From contig NEEC01000013.1 of NCBI GenBank assembly GCA_002189035.1, forward strand, positions 2,728,001 through 2,792,000: a stretch of 64,000 bases of DNA, given 5' to 3'. Every line of letters starts with the position of its first letter. Position 1 is the first letter of the stretch. Positions 40,068 to 51,661 of this stretch are shown piece after piece. A program made the position numbers and the translations under genes. The notes beneath the pieces are model-generated. The model was not told the origin of the DNA. It was given only the letters and a program-made list of their open reading frames with translations, and searched no databases. This stretch comes from Utricularia gibba (Eukaryota; Plantae; Magnoliophyta).

Positions 40068-40436
40068 ATGTCTGATAAGGAGCCGTCGTCCAGCAGCGGC
40101 GGTGCTGATGCGGCGGAGCGAGTCCGACGGAAGACTAGGCGTCGGGGTTGTGGCAAGGTAGCAAACGTGCCGTCTCTGTTTCGGCTTGGAAAGAGCAAGA
40201 AAGAGCGGCAGCAGCAGCAGCTCACTCCGAGATGGAGACAGGGTTCCGGGACACGGGCGTCGCAGATTCTTTGCTGTTTTGGGCTAAAGCAGCCGCGGAC
40301 GCTCGAACAGGGCGTTGAATCGCCTACCAGCGATCCGAATAGTCGGGATTTTACTTTTGATATGTTGAGACAATTTATTGAAAGCAACGGTTTTTATTCC
40401 CAGGAATGCAATCCTTGCTTTCTCTCCGATGACTGA
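40068..40436 (+). CDS. Small intronless plant protein of unknown function (122 aa)
   Basis: ATG in a GC-rich exon after a pyrimidine-rich leader; the C-terminal SDPNSRDFTFDMLRQFIESNGFYSQECNP resembles a motif I recall from uncharacterised angiosperm proteins, but I cannot name the family. Confidence 0.6.
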   Translation: MSDKEPSSSSGGADAAERVRRKTRRRGCGKVANVPSLFRLGKSKKERQQQQLTPRWRQGSGTRASQILCCFGLKQPRTLEQGVESPTSDPNSRDFTFDMLRQFIESNGFYSQECNPCFLSDD

Positions 40437-42350
40437 TTGATAAAGTACACTTGATTCTATTCAGTTTATGATGCACCTGCCCAATTGCTGATTCTTTAGA
40501 ATATGTGCAGATTGGTTCAAATATCCTGATCTCTTTGCACCACAGAGGCTATCCTTTATCTTGAATTCAATAGGTGCAGCAATCGTTGACCGTTTTTGAA
40601 GTGAAGCTTGCCTTTTGATGACTGCACTCTCCTAGTTTTCCATGTGCTTCTTTCATATGAGAAACATGAAAAAGCAGCATGATGCAGGGATGACTGGTTT
40701 ATCTGGAGCATGTGAAGATCCCTCAAGCTCTCCCAATGTAAGCTTCTCAGACTGTCATGCATCTGTTTGTCATATGAAGGTTTGCTGATCTCACATAAAA
40801 CCAAGCCATGACATCTTCCCACATGTTTTCCTATTTCCCTCTTTCTTGCAGCCACTCGGAACAAGGCCTCGACAACAACTACACTTCTTACACCAGAAAC
40901 TCCCCTCCCTGTGTAGAGTTGGTATAAATATATGATATTGCAATTTGCAGTGAAGGTACATGCTCTGTTGCAAAGTTCTGGGTCATCCTATGGTGCAGTG
41001 CAGCCCTAATCTTGCAGATGAGGCTTCTCCTGCTCTCTTCAGAACAAAAAAAAAAAAAAAGGCAAGACCACACTCCACCATCAACTTCTGTTTCGTGTTC
41101 TTAACATCACTTCAGTATTTGCAGATTGAGTCACTGTGATCATGCCATTCGATCTTGTGCCCCAATTACAATTGTATACCAATGCTGCCCCTTAGCCGCT
41201 TCATCCCGGTCTTTATCTTCCACTTAGTGGTACTTATAAATTAGGAGGTGCAACTGGTGTGCTGGTAAGAGGTTGGGCTTATTTCCGATTATCCGTTCTC
41301 TTCATGGGGTATTCAGTTAATTAACAATTAATTTTCCATAGAAATATTTCAATACCATACGATGGATTTAGTTCGGTAAGAACGTCACATCAGAAAGTAA
41401 GTTTTTTAATTTCATTTTCCGCAGGAAACTGAACGTAAGGGGAATGAAATTTTCATGAAAACATACCTTCCGTAAAAATATTATAAAATTAAAAATAATT
41501 ATTTAAAATTAATATTTTAAATGGATTCGGATTGCATTTAATGTAATTCAAATTCAACCGATGTGGGATCGTGGATAGATTTAAGATGAGTTTAATGAAA
41601 CAAAAGTTGGACAAGAACAGGATTTGAGAGAGCTGCTGGCGTGATAATGAGCCTGGATTTTTTACCTGAAAAGTTGTGGAAAAACACGTTTGCCTGGTTA
41701 TGCAGAAAACGGAGTAAGAAATCCGAAAGTGGGGACGGGACGCGACGAGCATCCTATGCATCTGTCTATATTTTCTTTCTATGTAGATCAGAGTCACAGG
41801 ATGTGACTTGAGTTGTCGCTTCGGGAACTGAAGGGGGCGTGAGAGTTGTTTGTTTATTTGCTGGAGCTTCTGCAGGTGGTGGGAGCTTGGGCATGTGGGT
41901 CGATATGGAGGTGTGGCCCCCAGTCGAGAAGCAACTAGAGCAGGTTGACTCCAAGAATGGAGAGACCCATTTGTGCACAGCCCCTTTTCGCGTGCCGGGG
42001 TGAGGGATGGCCATTGGTGTTCGTCCTTATTCCTCGTGGGCTGCTGGTCTGACCTGGATACTTCGATTTTGACTTGGTCAAATGCTCATGGTCTCGACTA
42101 ATTATGAGATTCTGATGTGTGTGAGCAGTGGGCAAAGTGTTTTTTGTTGCTGTTCCTATCTGTTTCCCCGTGGATTCAGATTTGATGTGAAGTTTCGGAG
42201 TTGTAATAAATCAGTCGTTTGTGGTTAGTTGCCGACTATGCTCTTGTATGCTGCCGTTTTCTTTAGGTAGGCAACTGCCAAGTTCAGTCCTTTTCGTTGA
42301 ATATGGGTTCTTGATTAGCGTCCCCTTGTTTTCAGGTGTGCTATAAAAGG

Positions 42351-45300
42351 ATGTCTTCTCAACCAGACCCTTCAGCAAGTTCTGCCATGTCTCGGCACAG
42401 TGCAAGAATAATTGCACAGACATCTTTAGATGCCAAGCTCCATGCTGACTTTGAAGAGTCAGGGAGTTCTTTCGACTATTTCAGTTCAGTTCGTGTAACT
42501 GATGCTGCTGAGGGAGATAAAAGGCCCAAGTCCGATAAAGTTGTGAGCGCCTATCTACATCAGATACAGAAGGGCAAGTTCATCCAGCCATTTGGCTGTT
42601 TGTTGGCCCTTGATGAAAAGGCTCTGAGGGTGATTGCATACAGTGAAAATGCTCATGAAATGCTCACAACGGTTACCCATGCAGTGCCAAGTGTTGGTGA
42701 TCACTTGGCCTTCGACATTGGTTCCGATATTAGATCCATTTTCACTGATCCTAGCACTGCAGCATTGCGTAAGGCTTCGGGATTCACTGAGGTCTCTATG
42801 CTGAATCCCATCTTGGTTCACTGTAAAACTTCTGGGAAGCCATTTTATGCTGTAGTCCATCGAGTCACAGGTAGTTTGATTGTTGACTTGGAACCTGTGA
42901 TGCCTCAAGATCTTCCGATTTCTGCTGCGGGAGCATTGCAGTCTTACAAGCTTGCAGCAAAATCTATCGCCCGCTTGCAGTCCTTGCCTGGCGGGAGCAT
43001 GGAGCGATTATGTGACACGATGGTGGCCGAAGTCTTTGAGCTCACTGGTTACGATAGGGTCATGGCATATAAGTTTCACGAGGATGACCATGGAGAGGTT
43101 GTGGCTGAGATCACGAAGCCTGACCTTGATCCATACTTGGGCTTACATTATCCTGCTACAGATATACCCCAGGCCGCAAGGTTTTTGTTTATGAAGAACA
43201 AGGTCCGGATGATCTGCGATTGTAGAGCAGATCATGTAAAAGTGGTTCAGGACAAGAATCTCTCTTTTGATCTGACCTTATGCGGCTCAACCCTTAGAGC
43301 TCCACATAGCTGCCATTTGCAGTATATGGAGAATATGGATTCTATTGCTTCCTTAGTGATGGCAGTTGTTGTCAATGAGAAAGAAGAAGAGGATGTTTCT
43401 GAATCTTCACGCTCCGAAGGAAGAAAAAGGCTATGGGGTTTAGTTGTGTGCCATCACACATCTCCTAGATTCATTCCGTTTCCTCTAAGATATGCTTGTG
43501 AGTTTCTTGCTCAGGTTTTTGCCATCCATGTAAACAAGGAGATAGAACTGAAGAATCAGATTTTTGAGAAGAGTATTCTCAAAACTCAGTCTCTCTTGTG
43601 TGATATGCTATCACGAGATGCACCGTTAGGTATTGTATCTCAGACGCCCAATGTCATGGATCTTGTGAAATGTGATGGTGCTGTGCTGATTTACAAGAAC
43701 AAAAACTATAAGCTTGGAGTAGCTCCAACTGACTTTCAGATGCAGGATATAGTTTTTTGGCTTGAAGATCAGCACAGGGGCTCAACAGGTTTGAGCATGG
43801 ACAGCTTATATGATGCTGGTTACCCTGGGGCTTTGGCACTGGGTGAAGCCATATGTGGAATGGCGGTTGTTAAAATAACCCATAAAGATTGGCTATTTTG
43901 GTTTAGGTCTCACACAGCTTCGGTTATTCGATGGGGTGGTGCAAAGCATGAACCAGAAGAGAAGGATGATGGAACAAAGATGCATCCTAGATCTTCATTC
44001 AAAGCCTTCTTGGAAGTTGTCAGGAGGAGGAGTTTACCATGGAAAAAAGATGAGATGGATGCAATCTACTCTCTGCAGCTTGTTCTGAGGAAAGCATTTG
44101 AAAAAACTGTGGAGAAGGATGCAAATACAAGGGTTATTCGCGCAGGGCTAAATGATCTGCAGATTAGAGGGATGCAAGAGTTAGAAACGGTGACATCAGA
44201 AATGGTCCGACTTATAGAAACAGCCTCAGTGCCTATATTTGCTGTTGATGTTGGTGGTTTTGTCAATGGGTGGAATTTGAAAATCTCTGAGTTAACAGGC
44301 CTTCCTCTTGACAAGGTAATCGGAAAACACTTTCTGGATTTTGTGGAGGATTCATCTTCTGCTACTGTGAGTAGGATGCTTGAGCTTGCTCTTCAAGGTA
44401 TATATATCAAAGTGGGTGCATGCTAACCTTGTCGTCAACGTGTTTTGTGTTTAACACATCATTGTTTGATATGTGATCAGGGAAAGAAGAACAGAATGTG
44501 CAGTTTGAGATAAGAACATATGTGCAAAAGAATGATTCAGGTGCCATCACATTGGTTGTGAATGCTTGTGCTAGCCGGGATGCAAAGGGGAAGGTTGTAG
44601 GAGTATGCTTCATAGCACAGGACTTAACAGCTCAAAAGATTATGATGGACAAGTTCACACGGGTAGAAGGAGACTACAAAAACATTGTCCACAACCCCAA
44701 CCCCCTGATCCCTCCTATATTTGGGACAGACGAATTTGGCTGGTGCACAGAGTGGAATGCAGCCATGACCAGGGCATCTGGATTTCCAAGAGAAGACATG
44801 ATCAATAAAATGCTACTTGGGGAGATATTCGGGACAAATGGGGCGTGTTGCCCTCTCAAGAGTAATGAAGATTATGTAAACCTTGGCATTATGCTGAATA
44901 GTGCTCTGAGTGGCCAGGAATCTGAAAGGGTTCCATTTGGTTTCTACGCTAAAACTGGGAAGTATGTTGAGTGCTTGCTTTGTGTGAGCAAAAATGTGGA
45001 CGGACAAGAGGCTGTGAAGGGAGTCATATTCTTCCTTCATCTTGCTAGTCATGAGCTCCAGCAGGCTCTTCACCTTCAGAGATTGTCCGAACAAAAGGCT
45101 CTCAAGCCACAGAGAGCCTTGGCATATATGAGAAGAGAGATTAGCAGTTCCCTTTCAGGTGTGGTGTTCTCAACGAAAATGTTGCAAGGAACTGGGCTGG
45201 ATGACAAGCAAAAGCACCTTCTACGCATTAGTGGCAATTGCCAACACCAGCTGAACAAAGCACTGGATGATACAGATCTTGATCATATAACGGAAGGGTG

Positions 45301-46110
45301 AGCAAAGCTCGTGTGTTTTTTAACAAAAAAACTCCATGTTTAGAAGCTTTGAAACGTCATACATATGAGTTGGAGGTCATTCTCTCATGGGATTTCCTCT
45401 GTCTTCATCACTAGGTACCTGGTTTTGGACATGGTAGAATTTAATCTGCAGGATGTGGTTACAGCTTCCATCAGCCAGGTAATGAAGAAGAGCAGAGAGA
45501 AGGGCATTACTCTGGTGAATCGCGTCACTCCGGATAGCAATCGACACATGCTCCTCGGTGATGGGTTGAGGCTTCAACAAGTTTTGGCTGCATTCCTGCG
45601 AACTTCAGTCACCTCTGCATCAAATGGAAGCCAGGTTTCAGTTTCAGCCAACTTGACTGGAGATTCCATAGGAGTCTCAGTTCATCTCGCCCACTTGGAG
45701 CTCAGGTGTGTATGCTTGAATTCATGAAAATTCTCCCGAGAATGCGACTGCACTGCACAAGTATCATCCTGCTTTTCAAAGCTAATCTTGAATTTCACAC
45801 ACCCTGCTACTACAAACAACCTTCATGTTACCGCTCTATGTAACTATTCTGTGTAGTGCAAGATGCACTCTAATAAGCAGTGGTAATGCACAGGATAACG
45901 CACAGCTCCGGAGGGGTTCCTCAGCAAGTGCTGAGTGAGATGTTTGAAGAAGACGGCGAGGCATCGGAGGATGGGATCGGACTGTTCATCAGCAGAAAAC
46001 TGGTGAAGATGATGAATGGAAAAGTTCAGTATCTGCGGGAGGCTCAGGGATCCACTTTCATCATCAATGTAGAGCTCGCCATCGCTAACAAAAAGCAGTC
46101 CCATGGATAA
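42351..46110 (+). CDS. PHYA: Phytochrome A; exons 42351-44397, 44481-45297, 45415-45705, 45894-46110
   Basis: [36 protein letters not shown], chromophore site [11 protein letters not shown], tongue [18 protein letters not shown] repeats and HKRD; canonical three-intron phytochrome structure. Confidence 0.96.
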
Positions 46111-48581
46111 CTCGCTTCTTCAAGGTGCGAGCTCCACTTGTGTCACCTGCTGTGTACATGACTTGTGCTCCAGGAAAAGGATATAACCCCATAAACCATC
46201 AACCTCACAACTGGTTGTTGCTTACAATGAACACCATTTACTGCTCCACTGCATCTTGTAAGAAGCCATTGAGGTGTTTGCATGGAAAGAGCTGCCCTTG
46301 TCTTCGATGCCTTGTGTCCAAACAACAATTTTAGAGACTGTTCAAAAGTGAAAAATAAGGTTATATTTCAATTTTACCATAAAAATTTAACAGAAAAAAA
46401 ATTGCATATTCAATCCTTTTTCCCCCAAATACATAATGAACTGATCATGATCTGATTGATTAATAAGTATTGATGGGCATGTGGGGGCGGGGGCCCAAAG
46501 GCTGAAATGAAGAAATTGGGGGTGGGTGCGACGTCCACCGCGGACGGCGAAAATCAGGAGCGGTGTGTCAGAATGACCAAGACTTTTGAGTGCAGCAGAC
46601 GCATTCGCGATTGCGTCGCGTCTCCTCTTTTTTTCCTTTTTCTCTTCCAGTTCCAGTTCCAGAGCAGAGCGAGAGGAGCGGAGAGCAGATTTTCAAACAG
46701 ACAGGAGCAGCGTGCAGGTCTTGCCCTCCCCTCCCCCCAGCTTTTCCGGATTCTCCCGCCTCAACCTCCACACGTTTTCTTTCTTTCCTCTTTTTTTCAA
46801 GCCCACGGAATCATAAGGTTCCTCCTTATTTCGTTAATTATTTTATTCATTTGGATTAAATCCATAAAACGAATATAATCATCATGGAATAAGCCTTACC
46901 TTCTAATTCAACCTAATTTTTCATGATTTTAGGTCTTTCACAAAATTACCGTCGAATTAATTTTCAATATTAAAATTGAGGGAAGTAGGTACAAGTTTGA
47001 TTGGGAGGAACAAAAGACGCGCGCACGAGGAGGCATGTGCGTGTCGTGCCCCATTTTGCGTTTGCAAGAAGCATCTCTGAATACCGCACATCATGTTTTT
47101 TTTTTTTTTTCTTATGAATTAAATTATTTATTTATTGCGAGTTCACTACATATCAATCACATCACATAGATCGCTGTGGAGTTGTGCGCGGATTGGGGAT
47201 TGATTTTTAGTATTTAAAATATATGCATTAAAAATGGATCAAAAAGGGCAAAGAAAAAGAAACCCAAAAAGTTGCTTTGTCACGTGCCTATAAAAGATAG
47301 CCATTTGATGAAATCCCATCCGGAACGAAGTCGGCACTCGCCAGGTACACTTCCGATCCCACAATAAATCATATTTATTTTGATACAAATTAAATTAAAA
47401 TGGAGAGTATACACCAACATTATCCAAATTCCTCAAGTTTTTATATCAGTTTACGAAATGAACCTCAAATTAATATCAAATTATTCTAATTGAGTATTTG
47501 ATACAATATTTTCGTGATTATTTTCTTTAATTTAATTTACTGTCTAGAGTGGCACCCTCGAGAATAGGATTACTTGGTTTTTTTTTTTCAAAATGGATGC
47601 TTTATGAGCTATGGAGAACTGTGCCTACATTCTGTGGATGTTGTCCGTTTTGATTAACGCTTAGCTATGCTCCTTCTTTTGCGGGATGGTGCTTGTGAAA
47701 TTTGCAGATCTCTGGGGTTAGAAGTCTGCTTTGATCTTCTTGATTTCGAATTATTCAGGTTGTGGTTACATAATAAATACCAGAGGTGGTCGTCACTTTC
47801 CCAAGGGATGGATGTTAATGATGATGCCCGGAGCACTGAAAACTTCATTTAATGAATTCATTGTCGTCTTCTGACTCTCGACTTGGTTCAATAATTTCAT
47901 TCGGGGAACTGAGAATTGATCTGGAGGTATGCATTTAGCAGCAGAATAGACAAGTTTTTTTTTTTTTTTTGTTTTGCAACTCAGTATGCGTGATCTTGGA
48001 ACTAAAACATTCATTTTTAGTTTTGGCGATTTGGGTGTGAACTGGAAGTGGATGAATTTGGAAGGGGAGTGGAAGAGATGGGAGTAGAGAAGATGATGAC
48101 TTGAGGGGGAAAAAGGGGAAGGGAGCCCCACCCTCACATGGCCCCTTTCTACACCCCATCACTCAAATCTAGAACCATCTTCATTTTGCTCTAATCCCAC
48201 TACTAATTTCCAAAACACAAGGAATATTCCCCTCTGAGTCGTCAGTCGTTTACCTGAGCTGTAGTAATCACAGGATTTGTTGGTAGCAGCAATATAGCCC
48301 CCTCTGATCACTTGTTTGTTTCTTGCGTTGGTGAGTTGGTTTAGTGGTTTTGATTACGCTGAGTGATTCTTAAATAGTGGGGCGATGTTTGTGTACATTG
48401 TCATACCGTCACAGTCGTCTATCTCTTTGGAAAGAAACAAGGGCGAAAGGGACGCAAACTCGACAAGACTGCTTGAATGGAGGACCTCCTCTCCCCCTTT
48501 TTCTTCCTTCACCACCACTGTGTATAATTGCTGGCTTCCCCTCCTTGCTTCTCGAACCTTTTCTCTCGAGAGTGGCTTTCA

Positions 48582-50838
48582 ATGGTGAGTTTTAGGAACT
48601 GGGTCTTCGTTTTCTTGCTCTGTTGTCATCCAAGTTTCCTTCTTTTCTTGCCAGGGGGAGGGCGGCAAAGGTGGATTTCGAGCTGTTTTTTTCATCTATG
48701 GTAAGTCTGTCTGACAGAGCTGTCAAGTGGGGATTTGGGAAATGTGGGTTTCAGGGATTTGAAATGGGTTGGTGGCTGTGTTGCAGGATTCGTCGGATTG
48801 GAGAATATGGGATTCGTGGCGAATATGGTGAGCTTAGTGCTCTACTTCTCTTACAAGATGCACTTCGATCTGTCCACCGCCGCCAACACTTTCACAAATC
48901 TCATGGGATCAACTTATCTGCTCTCCTTCGTCGGCGGCTTCATCTCCGATACTTATGTCAATCGCTTCGCCACCTCCACCGCCTTCGCCGCCGTCGAAGT
49001 TGTGGTAAGCTCGATTTACAGTTATCTCAGTAGGGGAGGAGTCAAAATGCCGGTCTCTCTTCTCTCTCTCTCTCTTCTATCCTTCTCTAGTGTAGAAACT
49101 TGAGAAGAAGGCCTCTAGGAACCAAATGGCTGTACTTTATTTCACAGTTTACATTACAAGGCAGAAGCTGACTCTTACATAATGCTATTCTGTCTGGTGA
49201 AGTAATCAATTCCTTTTGAAAGAGAAGACAGGGACCATAGGCGTCGATTTCACAATCCAACAATGTCTGATGAGGTTCGGTTTTCATCCCCAGGCATTGT
49301 CAATGATGACAATTCAGGCTAAGACTAATGCGCTGCTACCAAGACCATGTGGCAAGCCGAGCTGCGTGGAGGGAGGGGTTGCTGTCTTCTTTTATGCATC
49401 ATTGTGCCTCATGGCTCTTGGCGCAGGTGGGGTCCGTGGCTCGCTTCCAGCACTCGGAGCTGACCAGTTTGATCCAAAGGAAACCAAGGGAGCTAAGGCT
49501 CTGGCCAGTTACTTCAACTGGCTCTTGCTCAGCTCAGTCACTGGTGCATCTCTGGGAGTCACTCTTATTGTTTGGGTTGCAACCAATAAGAACAATCACA
49601 ACTGGTGGAAGGGGTTTCTCATCACAGATGCGGCTGCATTGGTCGGTCTCATTTGCCTTCTGCTTGGGAAGATCTTCTATAGGATTCATGTTCCTAGAGA
49701 TAGTCCTCTTTTGAGAGTTGTGCAGGTTGTAACAAGATGTAGCTGAAAGTGTAGACTTTGCGTCAACAAACTTCTTACTGGTGTCTGTTCACCCTGCAGG
49801 TTATAGTAGCTGCCATCAGGAACCGAGGTTTGCCAGTTCCAGGGAGTCCCAGCGACCTCTATGAGATCAGTGAGAAAGCATCAGGGTTAGAGTCAACAAG
49901 GATAGCACACACAGAAGAGTTCAGGTGAATGTGTGCTCTAGATGAAGTGGTGTGAACAGAGAATCTGTGTTGACTTTAACTTACTCTGTTGCAGATGGCT
50001 AGACAAGGCGGCGATTGTTCAAACCAACACAGAGGTGTCTCCATGGACACTGTGCACGGTTACACAAGTAGAAGAGGTGAAAATTCTAGCAAGAATGGTG
50101 CCCATCATAGCAAGCACAATCATTCTCAACACATGTATGGCTCAGCTACAAACATTCTCCGTTCAACAAGGTTACAGGATGGATACCCATTTGGGCTCCT
50201 TCCAGATCCCCTCAGCCTCAATTCCCGTGATCCCATTACTCTTCATGGTCATCCTGATACCAATCTACGACCGCCTCCTCGTCCCTTTTCTGAGGAATTT
50301 CACCAAACACCCGTCAGGCATTACACAATTGCAGCGAATAGGCATCGGCCTCGTCCTCTCCGTCGTTTCCATGGCCATAGCCGCGTCGGTAGAGGTAAAG
50401 AGAAGAAACTATTCTCTCAAAAACCCACTGAAACCCATCAGCCTATTCTGGCTAGCTTTTCAGTACGGCGTTTTCGGGATCGCGGATATGTTCACAATGG
50501 TTGGATCTTTGGAATTCTTCTACAGAGAAGCGCCGGAGGGGATGAAATCGCTCTCCACCTCTTTCACTTACATCTCACTCTCCTTTGGCTACTTCTTAAG
50601 CAGCGTCTTCGTCGATTTGATAAACTCTTCAACCGGCAGAGGCGGCCACGGCAAACGTGGTTGGTTGAGCGGTCAAGATTTGGACCACAACAAATTGGAC
50701 TTGTTCTACTGGTCTTTGGCCATCCTGAGTGCTTTGAACTTCTTCAGCTACCTGTTTTGGGCCAACCGGTACAAGTACAAGAACGCGCAGGAAGACGCCG
50801 CCGGCGGGTCAGCCAACGGTGCCGCTGCGGCGGAGTAA
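48582..50838 (+). CDS. NRT1/PTR family (NPF4-type) transporter, six coding exons, the first being ATG only
   Basis: M|GEGGKGGFRAVFFIY|GFVGLENMGFVANMVSLVLYF, GGVRGSLPALGADQFD, WTLCTVTQVEEVK, AQLQTFSVQQG, ITQLQRIGIGL, FFYREAPEGMKSLSTS. Confidence 0.92.
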
Positions 50839-51135
50839 TCTCATGGATTGTCGTTGTGAAATGTCTGATTTCTCCTCCTTTTTTTTGTTTTTCCAACAGA
50901 AATATCTATATATTAAATATATTACTAAATGAGGGTTTGTGTGTGATTTTGTACGGAGAACGGTTTCCATATATAGCTAAAGAAAAAAGTATTCCAGTTT
51001 GACTGTTGATTCACCCATTGAATTACCAGAAATTATTACCTCAGTCAGCTGCTGTAAATTTTGAGATTCCGAATGTAGTGACAAATTTTTATTTCACCGC
51101 CGTCGCTATTTGCGTAGCCGGGGGTAATTTTGGAG

Positions 51136-51156
51136 AACAACAACAACAACAACAAC
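51136..51156 (+). repeat. (AAC)7 microsatellite upstream of the EPL gene
   Basis: Read directly from the sequence. Confidence 0.85.
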
Positions 51157-51661
51157 AAAAAATTCGTCATTCCAGCGAGTATACGGCTGTTGCATCCCCA
51201 ATTCTCTTCTAGCCCTAATCCCCAAATCGGTGGTTGGAGACGTTTGAGCAAACTGAGCGGTTTGGGGGCCTGGCGTACGTATTTTTGGATGTTTGACTCA
51301 ATTCCCTTCTGAACTCGTAGGTGATTTTTCGTAATATTTGTTCTCTCTCCCTCCTCCCCCTCACGCAATGTAAATATTTATGGGATACGTTTTCTCGCAT
51401 GAGCTGATAGTTTGAAAATATTGTTTTATTTATTTTTTCCTGTTCTGGAATCGTGCATTTGCATTCCTTTTGTTTCTCACATGCTACGTGTGTAGCAAGT
51501 AGTTCATGATTGTGGATTAATGTTTTTTGTAAAAGTTTCTTTTATGTGTTTCCTGTGTATCGTGACCTGAAATAAATTCTAATGCAGAGAAACTGGCAAA
51601 CCAGCTCCTGTAGGAAACTGTGAAACTGCAGTTGGGGTGAACCCGTAGAGATATTGATGCT

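Noticed and set aside
40640-41010. Possible spliced 83-aa peptide (MRNMKKQHDAG...) downstream of the small unknown gene
   Set aside because: It needs an intron of about 30 nt, too short for plants, and has no recognisable homology; probably 3' UTR or intergenic.
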